A program made the position numbers and the translations under genes. A stretch of 64,000 bases of DNA from positions 8,184,001-8,248,000 of the forward strand of contig JBHGNT010000014.1 of NCBI GenBank assembly GCA_043228905.1, written 5' to 3'. Source of the DNA: Azolla caroliniana. Lineage: Eukaryota > Plantae > Polypodiophyta. Positions within the stretch are counted from its first letter, which is position 1. Each line of letters opens with the position of its first letter. Below the pieces are notes generated by a model. The model saw nothing but the letters and a program-made list of their open reading frames with translations, made no database searches and was not told the DNA's origin. Positions 11,069 through 23,730 of this stretch are shown one piece after another.

Positions 11069-12945
11069 TGTCGCGAAGTTTCGCGCACGTGTGTTACTTG
11101 CGCGAGACCACGGGGGTCTTGGACTAGGGAGTACTCAAGGGATAGAGAAGACCGAGGTTTGCTCTATGACAATATTACTTCCCGACCCCTTCCCGAGCAA
11201 GTTCTTGTTGCCCTTTGTTTTGTGAGGCCGGTGGCTCTCGTTGATCATGACTTGTCGACCTTCCGAGATCACCACACGAGCCAAGTGACCAAACGGGTAC
11301 AAGCAAGATGAGCACGCAACATGAACGCACAAGGGGACGATAACACAAACACGAATGTCCGTATGTCTTTATGAGGAGGAGAGGTGCATGGGCACGCCCG
11401 AACGCTCCCTCGTCACAAGACGTCGAACGTACGAGGAAGACACAAAACACATGCACAAATGCTCGTACGCCTTTATGAGGAGGAGAGGTGCATGGGCAAG
11501 CCCGAACGCTCCCTCATCACGAGATGGCCGAACGTACAAGGAAGACACAAACACACGAACAAAATGCTCGTATGCCATAATGAGGAGGAGAGGTGCATGG
11601 GCATTCTCGAAACGGTCCCTCGTCACAAGATGGAAGAATGTACAAGGAAGACACAAACACACGCACAAAATGCTCGTACATCTTTATGAGGAGGAGAGGT
11701 GCATGGGCACGCCTGAAATGCTTCCTCGTCACAAGACGGCCGAACGTATAAGGAAGACAAAAACACACACACAAATGCTCGTACGCCTTGATGAGGAGGA
11801 GAGGTGCATGGGCAAGCACGAACGGTCCCCTCGTCACAAGACGGCCGAACGTACAAGGAAGACACAAACCCACACACAAATGTTCGTATGTCTTTATGAG
11901 GAGGAGAGGTGCATGGGCAAGCCCGAACGGTCCCCTTGTCACAAGACGACCGAACGTACAAGAAAGACACAAAGACATGCACAAAATGCTCGTACGCCTT
12001 GATGAGGAGGAGAGGTGCATGGGCGAGCCCGAACGGTCCCCTCGTCACAAGACGGCCGAACGTACAAGGAAGACACGAATAAAGAAAGAAGGAGAGAAAG
12101 AAACATGAATGATATCGACCAAAGAGATAAATACGTGTTCTATTCCAACGCAAGAGGACCATTTATAAAATAGGGTTTTGTTTACAATGGCAACTTATAG
12201 TTAACCACAAACTCAATCAAAACATAAATATTAAATGCCCTTAGAGACAAAAGCAAATCTGAACACACGAGCACCACCAAAATGCCAATCCGAACGAACC
12301 ACGACCTCCCGAACGGCGAGCACACGGACTCGCAACGACGAATGGGGCGGAGCAACATCGAACCAACAACGCTTGGGCTCACGAGCACTTCGAGTACCGA
12401 CGCGAAGAAGACGAGCACGTGGCGATGGGGGGGGTGACGGGGTATGAGATAAAGAGAACTGGTGAACAAGAAGATGAAGAGCTTCTAAGGAAAATTGGCG
12501 ATAGTCTCCTCCTCCCAAAACCTCCTCCCGAATGAGCCCCCCTCGACCTCCTTCTATAGGGAAAAATGAAGGGGGGGTCGCTAAATTTGTCTTCAATGAA
12601 AAAGGAATAAAATTCCTTAAATCACGTTGCACTGTAAGTCCAAATTGGAACTGTGCACCTCTAGCTAGTAGTCAATGTGACTATCCACTAGCCCACTAAC
12701 TCTCTTTTATATAATATATAATTCTATCTCTATAAATTCATAGCCAATCTCCCCTCTACCTTTTATCTCTCCTCTCTCTTACTTTTTGCACGAGCTTCTA
12801 TACCTCCTTTTTACCCTTTCTTTTCCTTTTTTATTTTGCATATGCACAATTAATCGCTTTTGTGTGCACACACATTGCACATGCACATTTTTGACCCCCC
12901 CCTTTCACCGGTTTTTCCCACTCTCGAGCACGCCACATCACGATA
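11069..12945 (-). repeat. 5' LTR of Gy-B, with 7 units of the ~105-bp array (~11360-12080)
   Basis: TGTCGCG...CACGATA termini; copy of 3570-5357 with one extra repeat unit and a ~15-bp deletion. Confidence 0.92.
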
Positions 12946-15900
12946 ATGCATCTTCTCGTTCATTGCTTCGATCCATCGCGGGTCCTTCACGGCTTCGGAA
13001 AAGGTTTCTGGCTCCCGTACTATTGCCACCTTCATCATAAATCCATAATGGTATGCCATGTACTCATCCTAGCTGAATTGGCTTATAGGGTTCTTTTCAC
13101 GGGTGGATCGGCGAAGCTTCTTGTTTGCGGATTCTAAGGCTTTCTTCAATCCATTTGTCCGGATGTCAAGGCCTTCGAACTCACTATCAAGGGAGTGAGT
13201 CAATTCAATGCCATCGAAATGATGATCTTCATACTCTGGCATTTTGGCCTTCCCTTTGTCTATCTTCAGACTCGGTCGAGATGTGCTTTGATCGCTCGCA
13301 AGCTCTTGTGGTCCGCTTAGTCGGGTTATGATCAGACTTTCTTTGAACATGCGTGTAAGGCGATCTTCATCCTCTGTCTCTTGTTCGGCGGATTCCAGGT
13401 GGAGCAAAATCGGAGTCGAACTTGTCTCTGGTGTGTACCAGTATGCGAACTCGTCAAAAACGACGTCTTGACTTACGCAAAATTTTCAAGTCGAGGGGTT
13501 GTAGCAATTGTACCCCTTTTGCTCTAGTGAGTATCCGATGAGGATACATTTCTCCGACTTCGGGTCGAGCTTTTGTCACTTTTCGTCGGGGATGTGCACA
13601 TATGCAATGGAGTCGAATATCCGGACATGCGATTGGTCCGGCTTCTTTCCGAAAAACTTCTTGTGCGGCGTGAGGTCATGCACGCCGGATGTCGTACACC
13701 GATTCATGAGGTATACGACCGTGTTAGCCGCTTCTGCCCAGTATGACTTCGGGACGTGCTTTTCGTTCATCATGGCCCGTGCTACTTCGAGGATGTCCTG
13801 ATTCTTTCGTTCAGCCACTCCGTTTTGTTGTGGTGTATGTCGAAACGAAAACTCTCACTGAATTCCTTCTTTCCGTAGATACGCCGTAAACTCATCCGAG
13901 AAATATTCCTTGCCTCCATCCTATTGAAGGCACCGTACGTGTCGATTCGTAGCTTTTTTGACTCCACTCTTGAATTTTTGGAAGTGTCTGAACACTTCAC
14001 TCTTTTGCCGCATCCGGTAGATCCAAGTGTTCCTAGAGAAGTTGTCAATAAAGCTCACATAGTATCGGCATCCGCCGAATGTCACCGTTTGAGCCAGTCC
14101 CCATACATCGGAATGAATTATGTCGAATTCGCCTTTGCTTACATTCCTCTCCTTCGGAAATGGATACCGATGTTGCTTGCCGAATTGGCAAGCCCCGCAT
14201 ACGCCTTCAATCTCTCTCTGTTTGAAGGTCGGGAGTCCGATGACGACTCCTTTCGATTGCATCACCTTGAGCTTTTGAAGGTTGATATGGCCAATCCGCT
14301 TGTGCCATAACTCTATGTCGGACTCAGCTTTCGTACCTTTTGCGAACATGGCCGATTTCATCTCGTCCGAGTCGAGAATGAACATTCGGCCCTCTCTCCG
14401 TCTGTGCGCGATGAGTCAGCCCTCTTTTTCGATGAAGCAACCGCCTTGATTAAATCGAACTTGCATTCCTTGCTCTACAATTTGGCTGATGGAGACCAAA
14501 TTCTTCATAATGTATGGTACATGCAAGACATTTTTAATGTATTTTTTCTTACCTTCTTTTCTGAATGGAACATTGCCGATGTGCCGAATCGGGTACGTAG
14601 TGTCGTGTCCGGTTTCGACATAGCTAGGTCGGTCCGGCTCTCGAGGTTCGAGGCACCGGAATCGACGAACCATACGTCTTCCGGACCAGAGGCACTAGTA
14701 GAAGTAGAGGCCGACATAGAATTCACTCAATGTCTCATTACGAATAATCCACTGTAGTCGTCGTACTCGGAGTCGGTGGTGTAATTGCTGAGTTGTCAAC
14801 TAGTGGAAGCCGACTCACGCATCTTCTTTCGGCACTCTTCTTCGCGGTGGCCGATTTTGCCACAATATCCGCATTTGATTGAGGTTTGTCGGCTCGAACC
14901 AGAATGGTGGCTCCCCCTTCTTCCGAAGGTTCTCCTTGGCCGAATCAACCTCTTCTTACATGGCCGCGTCCTCTTCCTCCATCCGAATGCGTGTAGAGCA
15001 TGTGGCCTTCCGAGGCCTTGCTCCTTGTTCGAACATGATTCTCTTTGACCAACAACATGGATTGAAGATCGAAGAAGGAGGGCGGATTCTCCCGTGCTAG
15101 TACGACGGTCCGCATCGTGGTGCAAGACCGTCGAGGCATATTTGCACCATTTCATCATCATCTACATTGATGCTTATCGAGCCGAGTGCATCACAAAGCT
15201 CCTTGATCTTCAAGGTGTAACTTGTAATGGACATATCTCGTTGTTGGATGTTGTTCAACTCTTGGCGGAGTTGAAGCTTTCTTGCGGTCGTGTTGGCGAC
15301 GAAAATCTTTCGTAGATTCTCCCATGCTTCCTTCAGCGTCTCGGCTTCTCGAATGTAGCCAAGCATGTGGTCGTGAACACATGTCACCAAGCAATACATC
15401 ACTCGGCTTGCCGCTTGCTCCCAAGTTGCATAGTCGACGTCTTTCGGATCGGGTCGGTTTTCTTGTGCTCCCATGATGTAACTCCAATCGCCTTGGCCGA
15501 CAAGGTATTGATGCATCTTGTACTCCCAAGATGCAAAGTTGTTGCGATCCAACTTCTCTCTAGGGAGAGTGCTCCCCATTTGAGTATTCATTGTCGATGA
15601 AGCTTCCTTTCTTCTTTTCCTTCTCTCTCGAACACGAGCTATGTAGTGGTACTACAATAACAATGAGCCGGTTCTTCTTGAACGTCGGCGTAGAGAACAA
15701 CACACGATCACGATGAGGCGAGTGGGTTAGATCGAGCTACTAAATCGCTCTAATACCATTTAAAGAATCAGGTATGATTCTTGTGTAGCGGAAGAGATGT
15801 GTGTTATGTGTATGTGTGAGAAGAATTAGAGGAGAGATGAGAGAACACAAGATAGATAGAAAAAGGAATACTCAAGAAGAAGGTGTATATTTCACAAGTA

Positions 15901-16209
15901 GAATAAGAATTACAAAATGTAGCATAATAACGAGTCACAACCGACTTAGTATGAAGTATGAGGAGGGTGCTTTATATAGAGCCACCCTTTCTCTTCATTA
16001 ACTTATGACAACCACTCTCTCTCTTGGGGAATGTGAAGACTCATAGTCATGGGGAATATGTAACTCATTAGTTATGTGTCATAGAATATGATTCTGTGAC
16101 ACATGGTTAATGTGTATAGAGTAGTGGTGTGACTCTTGACCTTTGAGTAATCATAGATTCTCAAAAGGTGTGTTCACACGTTGTGCTATGTTGAGCTTGA
16201 TTCTCAACA
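12946..16209 (-). mobile_element. Ty1/copia element Co-1, 5' portion (LTR, gag, protease, integrase, RT start), degenerate
   Basis: LTR ~15759-16209 ending CTCAACA and PBS TGGTATTAGAGC at 15747-15758. Motifs: gag EKLDRNNFASW, knuckle CGYCGKIGHREEEC, WFVDSGASN, LWHKRIGH...CGACQFGK and IHSDVWG. Confidence 0.9.
15759..16209 (-). repeat. 5' LTR of Co-1
   Basis: Abuts an iMet PBS; the minus strand starts TGTTGAGAATCAAGCTCAACA. Confidence 0.8.
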
Positions 16210-16289
16210 ATTACTAACATTTTGTGGTGCATCAAGGTAGAAAGGGGCACTCTGTAGGTTATGTTAGGATGCGGAATGCCTTTTCCTGT

Positions 16290-16965
16290 AGGCCATAAAG
16301 ACTCTTCCTGAGTCAATAGACTAGATGCTCTTAGCTGATTGCAATGAAGTCTTGTGGCTACTCCATGTAAAGTTCCTCCTCCAGGTCGCCATGGACGAAG
16401 GCCGCTTTAACATCTAGCTGAATCAGCTCCAAATTCTCAACTGCCACGACATAGAGCGTAAAGCAAAGGGTTGTCATTGTCATCATTGGTGAAAAGATTT
16501 CGTCGAAATTGACGCCATATTCCTGTCGAAACCCTTTCGCTACTAATCTCACCTTGATTTGGAGGTGGCCAAATCAGACGTCTCTTTTAGTCTATAGACC
16601 CACTTTCACGGAAGAGCACATCGATTTGTCAGTAATTCGACCAGATTCCAAGTCTTGTTTTGTCGAATGGAGTTCATTTATGACTCCATTGCTAGATGCC
16701 ATGGGGCCAAATCGGCTATTGCTGATGCTTCTTCGTATGACGTCGGTTCATCAGTGTCCGTGAAGAAGATTCTAGGAGAGTACCTCTTTGGAGGCTATGA
16801 CAGTCTTTCGAATCTTCGAGGTAAGATTGGGCTAGTCACATTGGGTGTCTGGGTCGGATGGTCCAAAGCCGAAACATTCGGTTGTGCCAAATCGGCTGGA
16901 GCCGATTCAGTGCGACAGGATTCGGCTACTCGTGAAGCCGACCTCATGTTGTGTGATGGGGTGTC
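16290..16965 (-). pseudogene. Degenerate copia (Tnt1/Tork-like) RT N-terminal fragment
   Basis: RLVAKGFRQEYGVNFDEIFSP...QLDVKAAFVHGDLEEELYM; upstream EPTSYEEAS...WHLAMES. Confidence 0.8.
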
Positions 16966-16969
16966 ATGA

Positions 16970-19320
16970 AGGGCTGTGCCGGATGACGTCGACTGGTTGT
17001 CGATTGATATTGAGGGAAGTTCGACATGTCCTTGATATTAGATTGAATTTGATATCAATTGGAAGGTTGGACGACGAAGGCTACAGTGGTAGCTTCTGAA
17101 ACGGCAAGTGGAAGTTCTATCATGGAAACCTCATAGTGGCATGAGCACAAAAAGAGGGTACACTGTATATGATGCATGCCCGACTGGGCCAGTCGGAAGT
17201 GAATGTGGCAGCTGACTTGAGTGGAGAGTTATGGCATAAGAGGCTCGACCACATGAGTGAGAAAGGAATGCACATTTTGGCAGACCATGAATTTCTCCCA
17301 GAAGTGAAAGGAATACACTTGGGGAAGTGTGTCGACTGCTTAGTCGGAAAGCAGAACCGAGCGGCATTCCACACAAGATCACCAAGAGGAAAAATATATG
17401 CACTGGAACTAGTACACACGGATGTGTGCTATGTAGATGCTCCATTGCATCGAGGTGGATAGTACTTCGTAATGTTTATTGATGACTATATTCGGAAGAC
17501 ATGGGTCTTCGTACTAAAGACGAAGGATCAAGTATTGTCAATGTTCGAGGAGTTCTAGGCAATAACTGAACGAGAGTCGGGTCAGAAGCTGAAGGTTGTC
17601 CGAATCGACAATGGTGGGGAATATAAAAGGCAGTTCGAGGAATACTGCAAGGCCCAAGGTATTCAAATCGAATACACAGTGCCAAAGACCCTTGAGTTCA
17701 ACGGGCTTGCAGAGAGGATGAATCGACCAATCATGGAGAGAGTAAGGAGCATGCTGTCTCATGCTAAACTGCGGAAATCATATTGGGCTGAGGCGATGTA
17801 CACAACTATGTACCTGATCAACAGGTCACCCTCAGTACCGCTGAAAGGTAATGTCCCACAAAGGGTGTGGACAGGAAAGGTTATCTCCTACTGACACTTG
17901 AGGGTGTTCAGATGCTTAGTGTATATGCATGTGGCTAAGGATCAGAGGTTGAAGCTCAATAGTAAGTCGAAACCATGCATATTCATGGGATACTCGGAGG
18001 ACGAGTTCGGCTACAGGCTGTGGGACTTAGTCGACAAGAAGGTAGTGAGGATTTGGGATCTAGTTTTCTTGGAAGACAAGAAAATAGAGGACTGGAAGCA
18101 ACAGAAGTCTGAATCGACTTCCCTCTCAACCCCTACTTCTACCAACTGAAGGCCAAGTGAACCGACACAGTCGGCATAGTTAAATCCGAATCAGTGGACT
18201 CGGAACAACCGACAAATATAGATGACTCAGAGTCAGCAAACCAATTGAAGTCAATCGAGGACTATGACTCGGAATCCGCTAACTCAAGAGTAGAGTCGGT
18301 AGAGACATATGAATTGGAGCTGACAATGAGTGGAAGGAGATACCCACTCAGAGAAAGGAGGCCACCGATTACATATGTCAGTCAATACATCCTCTTGATT
18401 GATGAAGGTGAACTAGAGTGCTATGAAGAAGCCATATCTAATGATCACAAGGAGAAATGGCAGAGCGCAATGCAAGACGAGATGGACTCCTTGCATGAAA
18501 ACTATACCTATGAGTTGGTGGAGCTACCAAAGGGTAAAAGTGCACTTAGAAATAAATGGGTCTACAAGGTGAATACTGGAGAAGTCGATAACAGCCCTAG
18601 GTATAAAACCCGCATAGTGGTGAAGGGGTTTCAATAGAAAAAGGGTGTTGACTTTGACAAAATATTTTTACGAGTCGTAAAGATGACATCCATCCGAATT
18701 ATTCTAAGCATAGCTGCCAGTATGGATCTGGAGATCGAACAATTGGATGTCAAGAAAACATTTTTGCACGGGGAGCTAGATGAAGAAATCTAAATGCAGC
18801 AACCCGAAGGATTTGAGGAGAAAGGGAAAGAGAACATGGTGTGTTGATTGAAGAAAAGCTTGTATGGTTTGAAGCAAGGTCCATGCCAATGGTACAAGAA
18901 GTTTGATACCTTCATGCAGGAACACAGGTTCAAGAGAACACAAGCTGATCACTGTGTGTTCATCAAAATCTACAATCAAGGGGACTTCTTGATTCTCTTA
19001 TTATATGTAGATGACATGTTGATAGTTGGACAAGACACAAAGAGGAACGTGAGCTTGAAGAAAGCACTAGGCAAGTCATTTACTATGAAAGATCTTGGAC
19101 CGACAAAACAAATTATGGGGATACACATAGTTTGAGATAGAACTAAGAAAGTGTTGCGGTTGTCTCAAGAGAAATACATGTCAAAGATCCTAGAAAGATT
19201 CAACATGTCAGAGGCAAAGCCAGTCGGCTCTGTGTTGCCAACCAACTGCAAGTTGAATGCCAAGCAATGCCCGAGAAAGCAAAGGATGAGATGGAGAAAG
19301 TACCGTATGCATCAGCCATC
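16970..19320 (+). pseudogene. Degenerate copia (Tnt1/Tork-like) pol fragment: protease end, integrase, RT
   Basis: LNLISIGRLDDEGY, LWHKRLDHMSEKG, LVHTDV, NGLAERMNR, KKSLYGLKQ and LLLYVDDML motifs; same family as Co-E; no LTRs seen. Confidence 0.88.
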
Positions 19321-19472
19321 GGCCGATCAGCAAGTGGCCGACATCTTTACCAAGCCTCTAGGCCTAGACAAGTTTTGGCATTTTTCGAGTACACTTGCCT
19401 TACAACACCTCAACATGCTAAACTTGAGGGAGAGAAGTGAGAGAGATGAAGTTCGAAAGCCGAATTAGATGT
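19320..19472 (+). pseudogene. RNase H end of another copia (Co-B); continues at 32175-32635 after the Co-C insertion
   Basis: DQQVADIFTKPLG...NLR; the sequence resumes after the TSD GATGT as an acidic, Lys-rich 3' extension. Confidence 0.75.
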
Positions 19473-19832
19473 TGTTGAGAGACAAGCTCAACATCGGACA
19501 GATTGGCTGAAGAAGCCGAGGACCGGATCGGTTGGGACCGATCGGTTACGCCGTTAGGAAAGATATTCCGTGAGGAATATATTTGGGAGTTAGTGTAGGA
19601 GCTCTTAATGAGCATTGAAGTACTGTCAGTACTTCGGTCAGTCCTTCCAGGACTTGTACAAAGTGTTCATTGAACACATATATGTATTGTCTTGTTTTTT
19701 TCTTGAATATAAGTGTGTGTGTCTTCTCTCTGTCTCTCCCACGTATACTGCGTAAGCTCAAGCTCTCCATTAAACCTGAATGTTCTTCCTTCTGTTCTGT
19801 CTTCATACTTGCTTCCGCACGTTACTTTTATA
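19473..19832 (+). repeat. 5' LTR of Co-C
   Basis: Near-identical to 31809-32169. Confidence 0.95.
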
Positions 19833-19904
19833 TGGTATCAGAGCGCGAGGGTTGAGAACCTCTCTGCAACCGACACAGCTTGACAAAGAAGAACAAGAAG
19901 AACG

Positions 19905-22493
19905 ATGGATAGAGGCATGGCAAGCTCGCTTCCAACAGAGAAGCTCGACAGAACCAACTACGCGTCTTGGTCCTACAAGATGCACCAGTACCTGCTCGGG
20001 CACGGCTACTGGAGTTATGTCGAAGGAGCTAATGACGCGGCACCCGAATCGACACACAGAGACTTCCCGTCGTGGGAGCAATCGGCGAGTAGGGTATTAT
20101 ACTGCTTCGCGTCGTGTGTGGGCGAACAACTATTGAGCTATGTTCGGGATGCAAAGGCGCCGAAGGGTGCGTGGGAAAATCTGAAGAAGATTTTCTCCGC
20201 GAGCACCACAGCCAGGAAGCTTCAGCTCCGACAGGAGTTGAGCAACCTACGACAACGCGACTTGTCGGTGGCGGACTATACCTCGAAGATCAAGGATATA
20301 AGCGACTCCCTTGCCTCCATAGAGGTGAACATCGAGGAGAGCGAGATGGTCTAGATCTGTCTCGGAGGTTTGGCATCGAAGTTCGGAGCGTTCCGAATGG
20401 CTGTATGTACCTGGGAGAATACGCCGTCCTTTTTCGATTTACAGTCGATGCTCCTGGTAGAGGAGAACCACGCGGGTGCGTCGACGAGCACGTACACCGA
20501 CAACAAGATGTTGTACACGGAGGGAGAAAGGCCCCGTGGTCGTGGCGGACGAGGCGAGTCGATACGCAATGGAAGCGGCCGACGAGATCAAGGAAGAAGG
20601 CACCGAAGTGATGCCGACAGCAACTCCAGACTCTCCGGAAACAGGGGTAGTCGAAGCGATGAGAACCGGCAAGGGAAGGCCATCGCGGAGTGCTGGTACT
20701 GTGGCAAGAAAGGCCACAAGGAAAGTGAGTGCTGGAAGAAGCGCGCCGATTCCGAGAGAACCGGTTCCGGAAATGGCTCCAGACATACCGACAAGGGAAA
20801 TCAACAGCGATCGCACTACGCCGAAGACTTCGGGAGAGCCGAAGAAGGGTCTGCCTTCGTGACGAGACACGAAGCAAACTCAATAAAACAGAGCACCCCG
20901 AGATCGAACGAGGTGTGGTACGTAGACTCCGGCGCGTCAAACCACATGACGAGCCATAAGGAGTGGTTCTCGTACCTTTAAAAACCGATACAACCTGGAG
21001 TAGTCGCAACTGGAGATGACACTCCGCATCCGATCGCGAATGTCGGAGAAGTTCCCCTTAGCCATATCAGGCAGAAAGGGAAACTCATGAACGTGCTGCA
21101 CGTTCCGACAATCACGAAAAACTTGGTCTCAGTCGGACAGATCGTCGACCAAGGGATGGAGGTTCGGTTTACACACCTCGGGTGCTTTAGTGAGGAAGAA
21201 GGCCGTGTGATTGCACAAGGGCGCAGAGACGGGAGGATGTTCATCCTCGACTCCACTGACGGCGGCACCGCAATGTTCACAAAGGGAAGAAAAACTGAGT
21301 CGGACATAGACTTGTGGCATAAGCGGATAGGCCATGTCAACTACCAACGGCTTCAAGATCTGCAAACGAAACAGGTAGTATTCGGATTGCCCAAATTTAG
21401 TGGCCGAAAGGCACAAATTTGTGAAGCCTGCCAGCTCGGGAAGCAACACCGACTTCCTTTCCCAAACAAGCGAAAGCGGAGCCGGAATAAGCTCGACCTT
21501 ATACACTCCGATGTATGGGGGCCGGCACAAAACGTTAGTCTTGGCGGGAGCCAATATTTCGTCTCCTTCATTGACGACCACACACGGCACACGTGGATCT
21601 ACCTCATTGAGAGGAAGAGCGAAGTCTTCGACTGTTTCCGGGACCTCAAAGGATTCGTGGAAACGGAAACGGGACGAAAGATCAAGTGCCTGCGGTCGGA
21701 TGGCGGGAAAGAGTACTTTTCTGGTCAATTCCACGGTTACCTACAACAAATGGGAATTCGGCGCGAATTCAGTTGTAGATACACGCCGGAGCAGAACGGC
21801 GTGGCCGAGAGGAAGAATCGGTTAGTTGTGGAAGCGGCACGGGCAATGCTGGAGGAGAAGAGTTTGCCCAAGTTCTACTGGGTCGAGGCGGTAAGGACCA
21901 CGGTATACATCCAAAACCGGATCGGAGACAAAGTGTCTGCGCACGAGCTATCTTTCGGAAGGAAGCCGAACTTGCGACACTTAAGGGTGTTCGGTATCAT
22001 TGCATATGTGCATGTACCGAAGGAGAAAAGGAGGAAGTTGGATGCAAAGGCCGAGAAATGCATCTTGATCAGTTACTCGGACGAGCAGAAGGGTTATAAG
22101 TGCTATAACCCTCGCACTAAACAAGCGCGTGTTAGCCACGACGTTGTGGTTGATGAGTCTGCGTCCTGGTACCAGCCCCCGACGCCGAACCCCGACTCCA
22201 ATCCGTGTTCTGACGATGAGGTCAGCGAGGCTGAGATGCCTCCGGATGAGCCCGAAATCGAGACCCGCGAAGAGAGTCCGATTTCACTCCTGTTAAATGG
22301 ACCGATTGGACGACTGAGTCGGTATGACCAGTCCGATGAAGAGCCGGCGAGTAGTGGAGACTCGGTCATGCATTCCCCACGCAGGAAGCCGAGGAGACGG
22401 CTTACATGCAAAGAGAAAGGGAAGAAGAAGGTGTCGGATTCCGGCACGGATAGGAACAAGTCAGATTGACGCGAGTCCGAATCCGAGGGAACC
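19905..22493 (+). pseudogene. Co-C gag-protease-integrase (in-frame stops)
   Basis: ORFs 19905-20354, 20370-20981 and 21087-22469 are in one frame. Motifs: CWYCGKKGHKESEC, WYVDSGAS, HSDVWG, LRSDGGKEY and QNGVAERKNR. Confidence 0.93.
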
Positions 22494-22964
22494 TGTTATG
22501 TACACATAACGTTGGTGAGGGTAGGTCACTAATATTTACATTAGCGAAGGGTATGTTCACTATTATTAAAAAGGGGACTAATGATTGGATAGAATGAATG
22601 ATATGTGCATGCACTATCATGATTTAGACAACCAATGAATAGAGAGCCTTTTAGAAAGGCACATCTATTCAAGGGGCCTAGGAAAAGGTATAAATATGAG
22701 GCTCAGCTACCCTCATAGGGATCACGTCGGAAGGCTGTTGTCGTAGACACCGGTGGTGCGGGCTAGGCTTTCGTCTCGACGATCGTGTTTATCTCTTCCA
22801 AGATATTAGTCATCCTAATATCCGGCGGTATGGGACGTCGGTGGTAGGTTGGCTATGTCTAGATCATAGCTTGGGGGTGGTCGGGTGGAACGGGTTCTTC
22901 TATCCAATCTATTTTCTTCCTTTTTTCTTGATTTGGTCTATTGATTAGTAATAGACTCTTAACA
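22494..22964 (+). repeat. 5' LTR of Gy-D
   Basis: TGTTA...TAACA termini; TATAAA near 22689. Confidence 0.97.
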
Positions 22965-23209
22965 GTGGTATCAGAGCTTTTACTAACAATTTTTTTGTTG
23001 TTTTGATGTTTTTTGCGTGTGAGCGAGGGGGATCTAACAAGGCTCGTCATGCTCTTCTCAGGATCAAAACAACACTCTAAACCCGGTATTCTTCTTTTTT
23101 GATCTCTTCTCTTTTTCTATTATGCGTTCTTTATGGTCGAATCAAATTGGTATTACGTTTTATTCTCTTTCTTTCTACCTCCTACTACGCTACGATTTTA
23201 CTTATTATT

Positions 23210-23420
23210 ATGCATCGGGCCGAGCGTGTTTGCACTAATCGCACACGCTCAACTCATGGCCTTTTGCATATTGCGATATATATCCCACTCTCTCCTCTCT
23301 TGAACTCTTACGATAATAATTATTCTTGTGCATTGGGTCGAGCGTGTTTGCTCTAATCGCACACGCTTATCTCATGGCCGTTTTGCATATGATGTTGAGT
23401 ATACCACTCTTCCCCTCTAT
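23210..23420. repeat. Two ~117-bp direct repeats, each with a hairpin, in the Gy-D leader
   Basis: GAGCGTGT-N13-ACACGCT(C) at ~23222 and ~23340. Confidence 0.75.
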
Positions 23421-23422
23421 TG

Positions 23423-23730
23423 AGCCATCACTTGGCTGATTCTAAGGGATGATGTGGCCTTGACGAGGTGTATGTTGCCTACCTATGCCACGCTACTCTC
23501 TATTAAGCCATCAATTGGCCGATTCTATGGGATGTTGTGGCCTTGACAAGGTATATGTAGCTTACATATGCCACTTTCCTTTTTAATTAGCCATCAATTG
23601 GCCGATTCTAAGGGATGATGTGGCCTTGACGAGGTATATGTCACTTACCTATGCCACTTTCCTCTTTAATTAGCCATTACTTGGCCGATTCTAGGGATAT
23701 GTGGTGGTCTTGAGGAGGTGCATGTCAACT
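23423..23730. repeat. 83-bp tandem repeat (~3.7 copies) in the Gy-D leader
   Basis: AGCCAT..TTGGCCGATTCT recurs at ~23423, 23506, 23589 and 23672. Confidence 0.85.

Larger units (their letters stand above)
3570..12945 (-). mobile_element. Full-length degenerate Ty3/gypsy element Gy-B (no chromodomain seen) with ~1.8-kb LTRs, inserted in Co-1 RT
   Basis: Paired LTRs 3570-5357 and 11069-12945, a tRNA-Trp-type PBS, a PPT, and gag-PR-RT-RH-INT order with multiple stops. A TSD could not be resolved. Confidence 0.92.
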
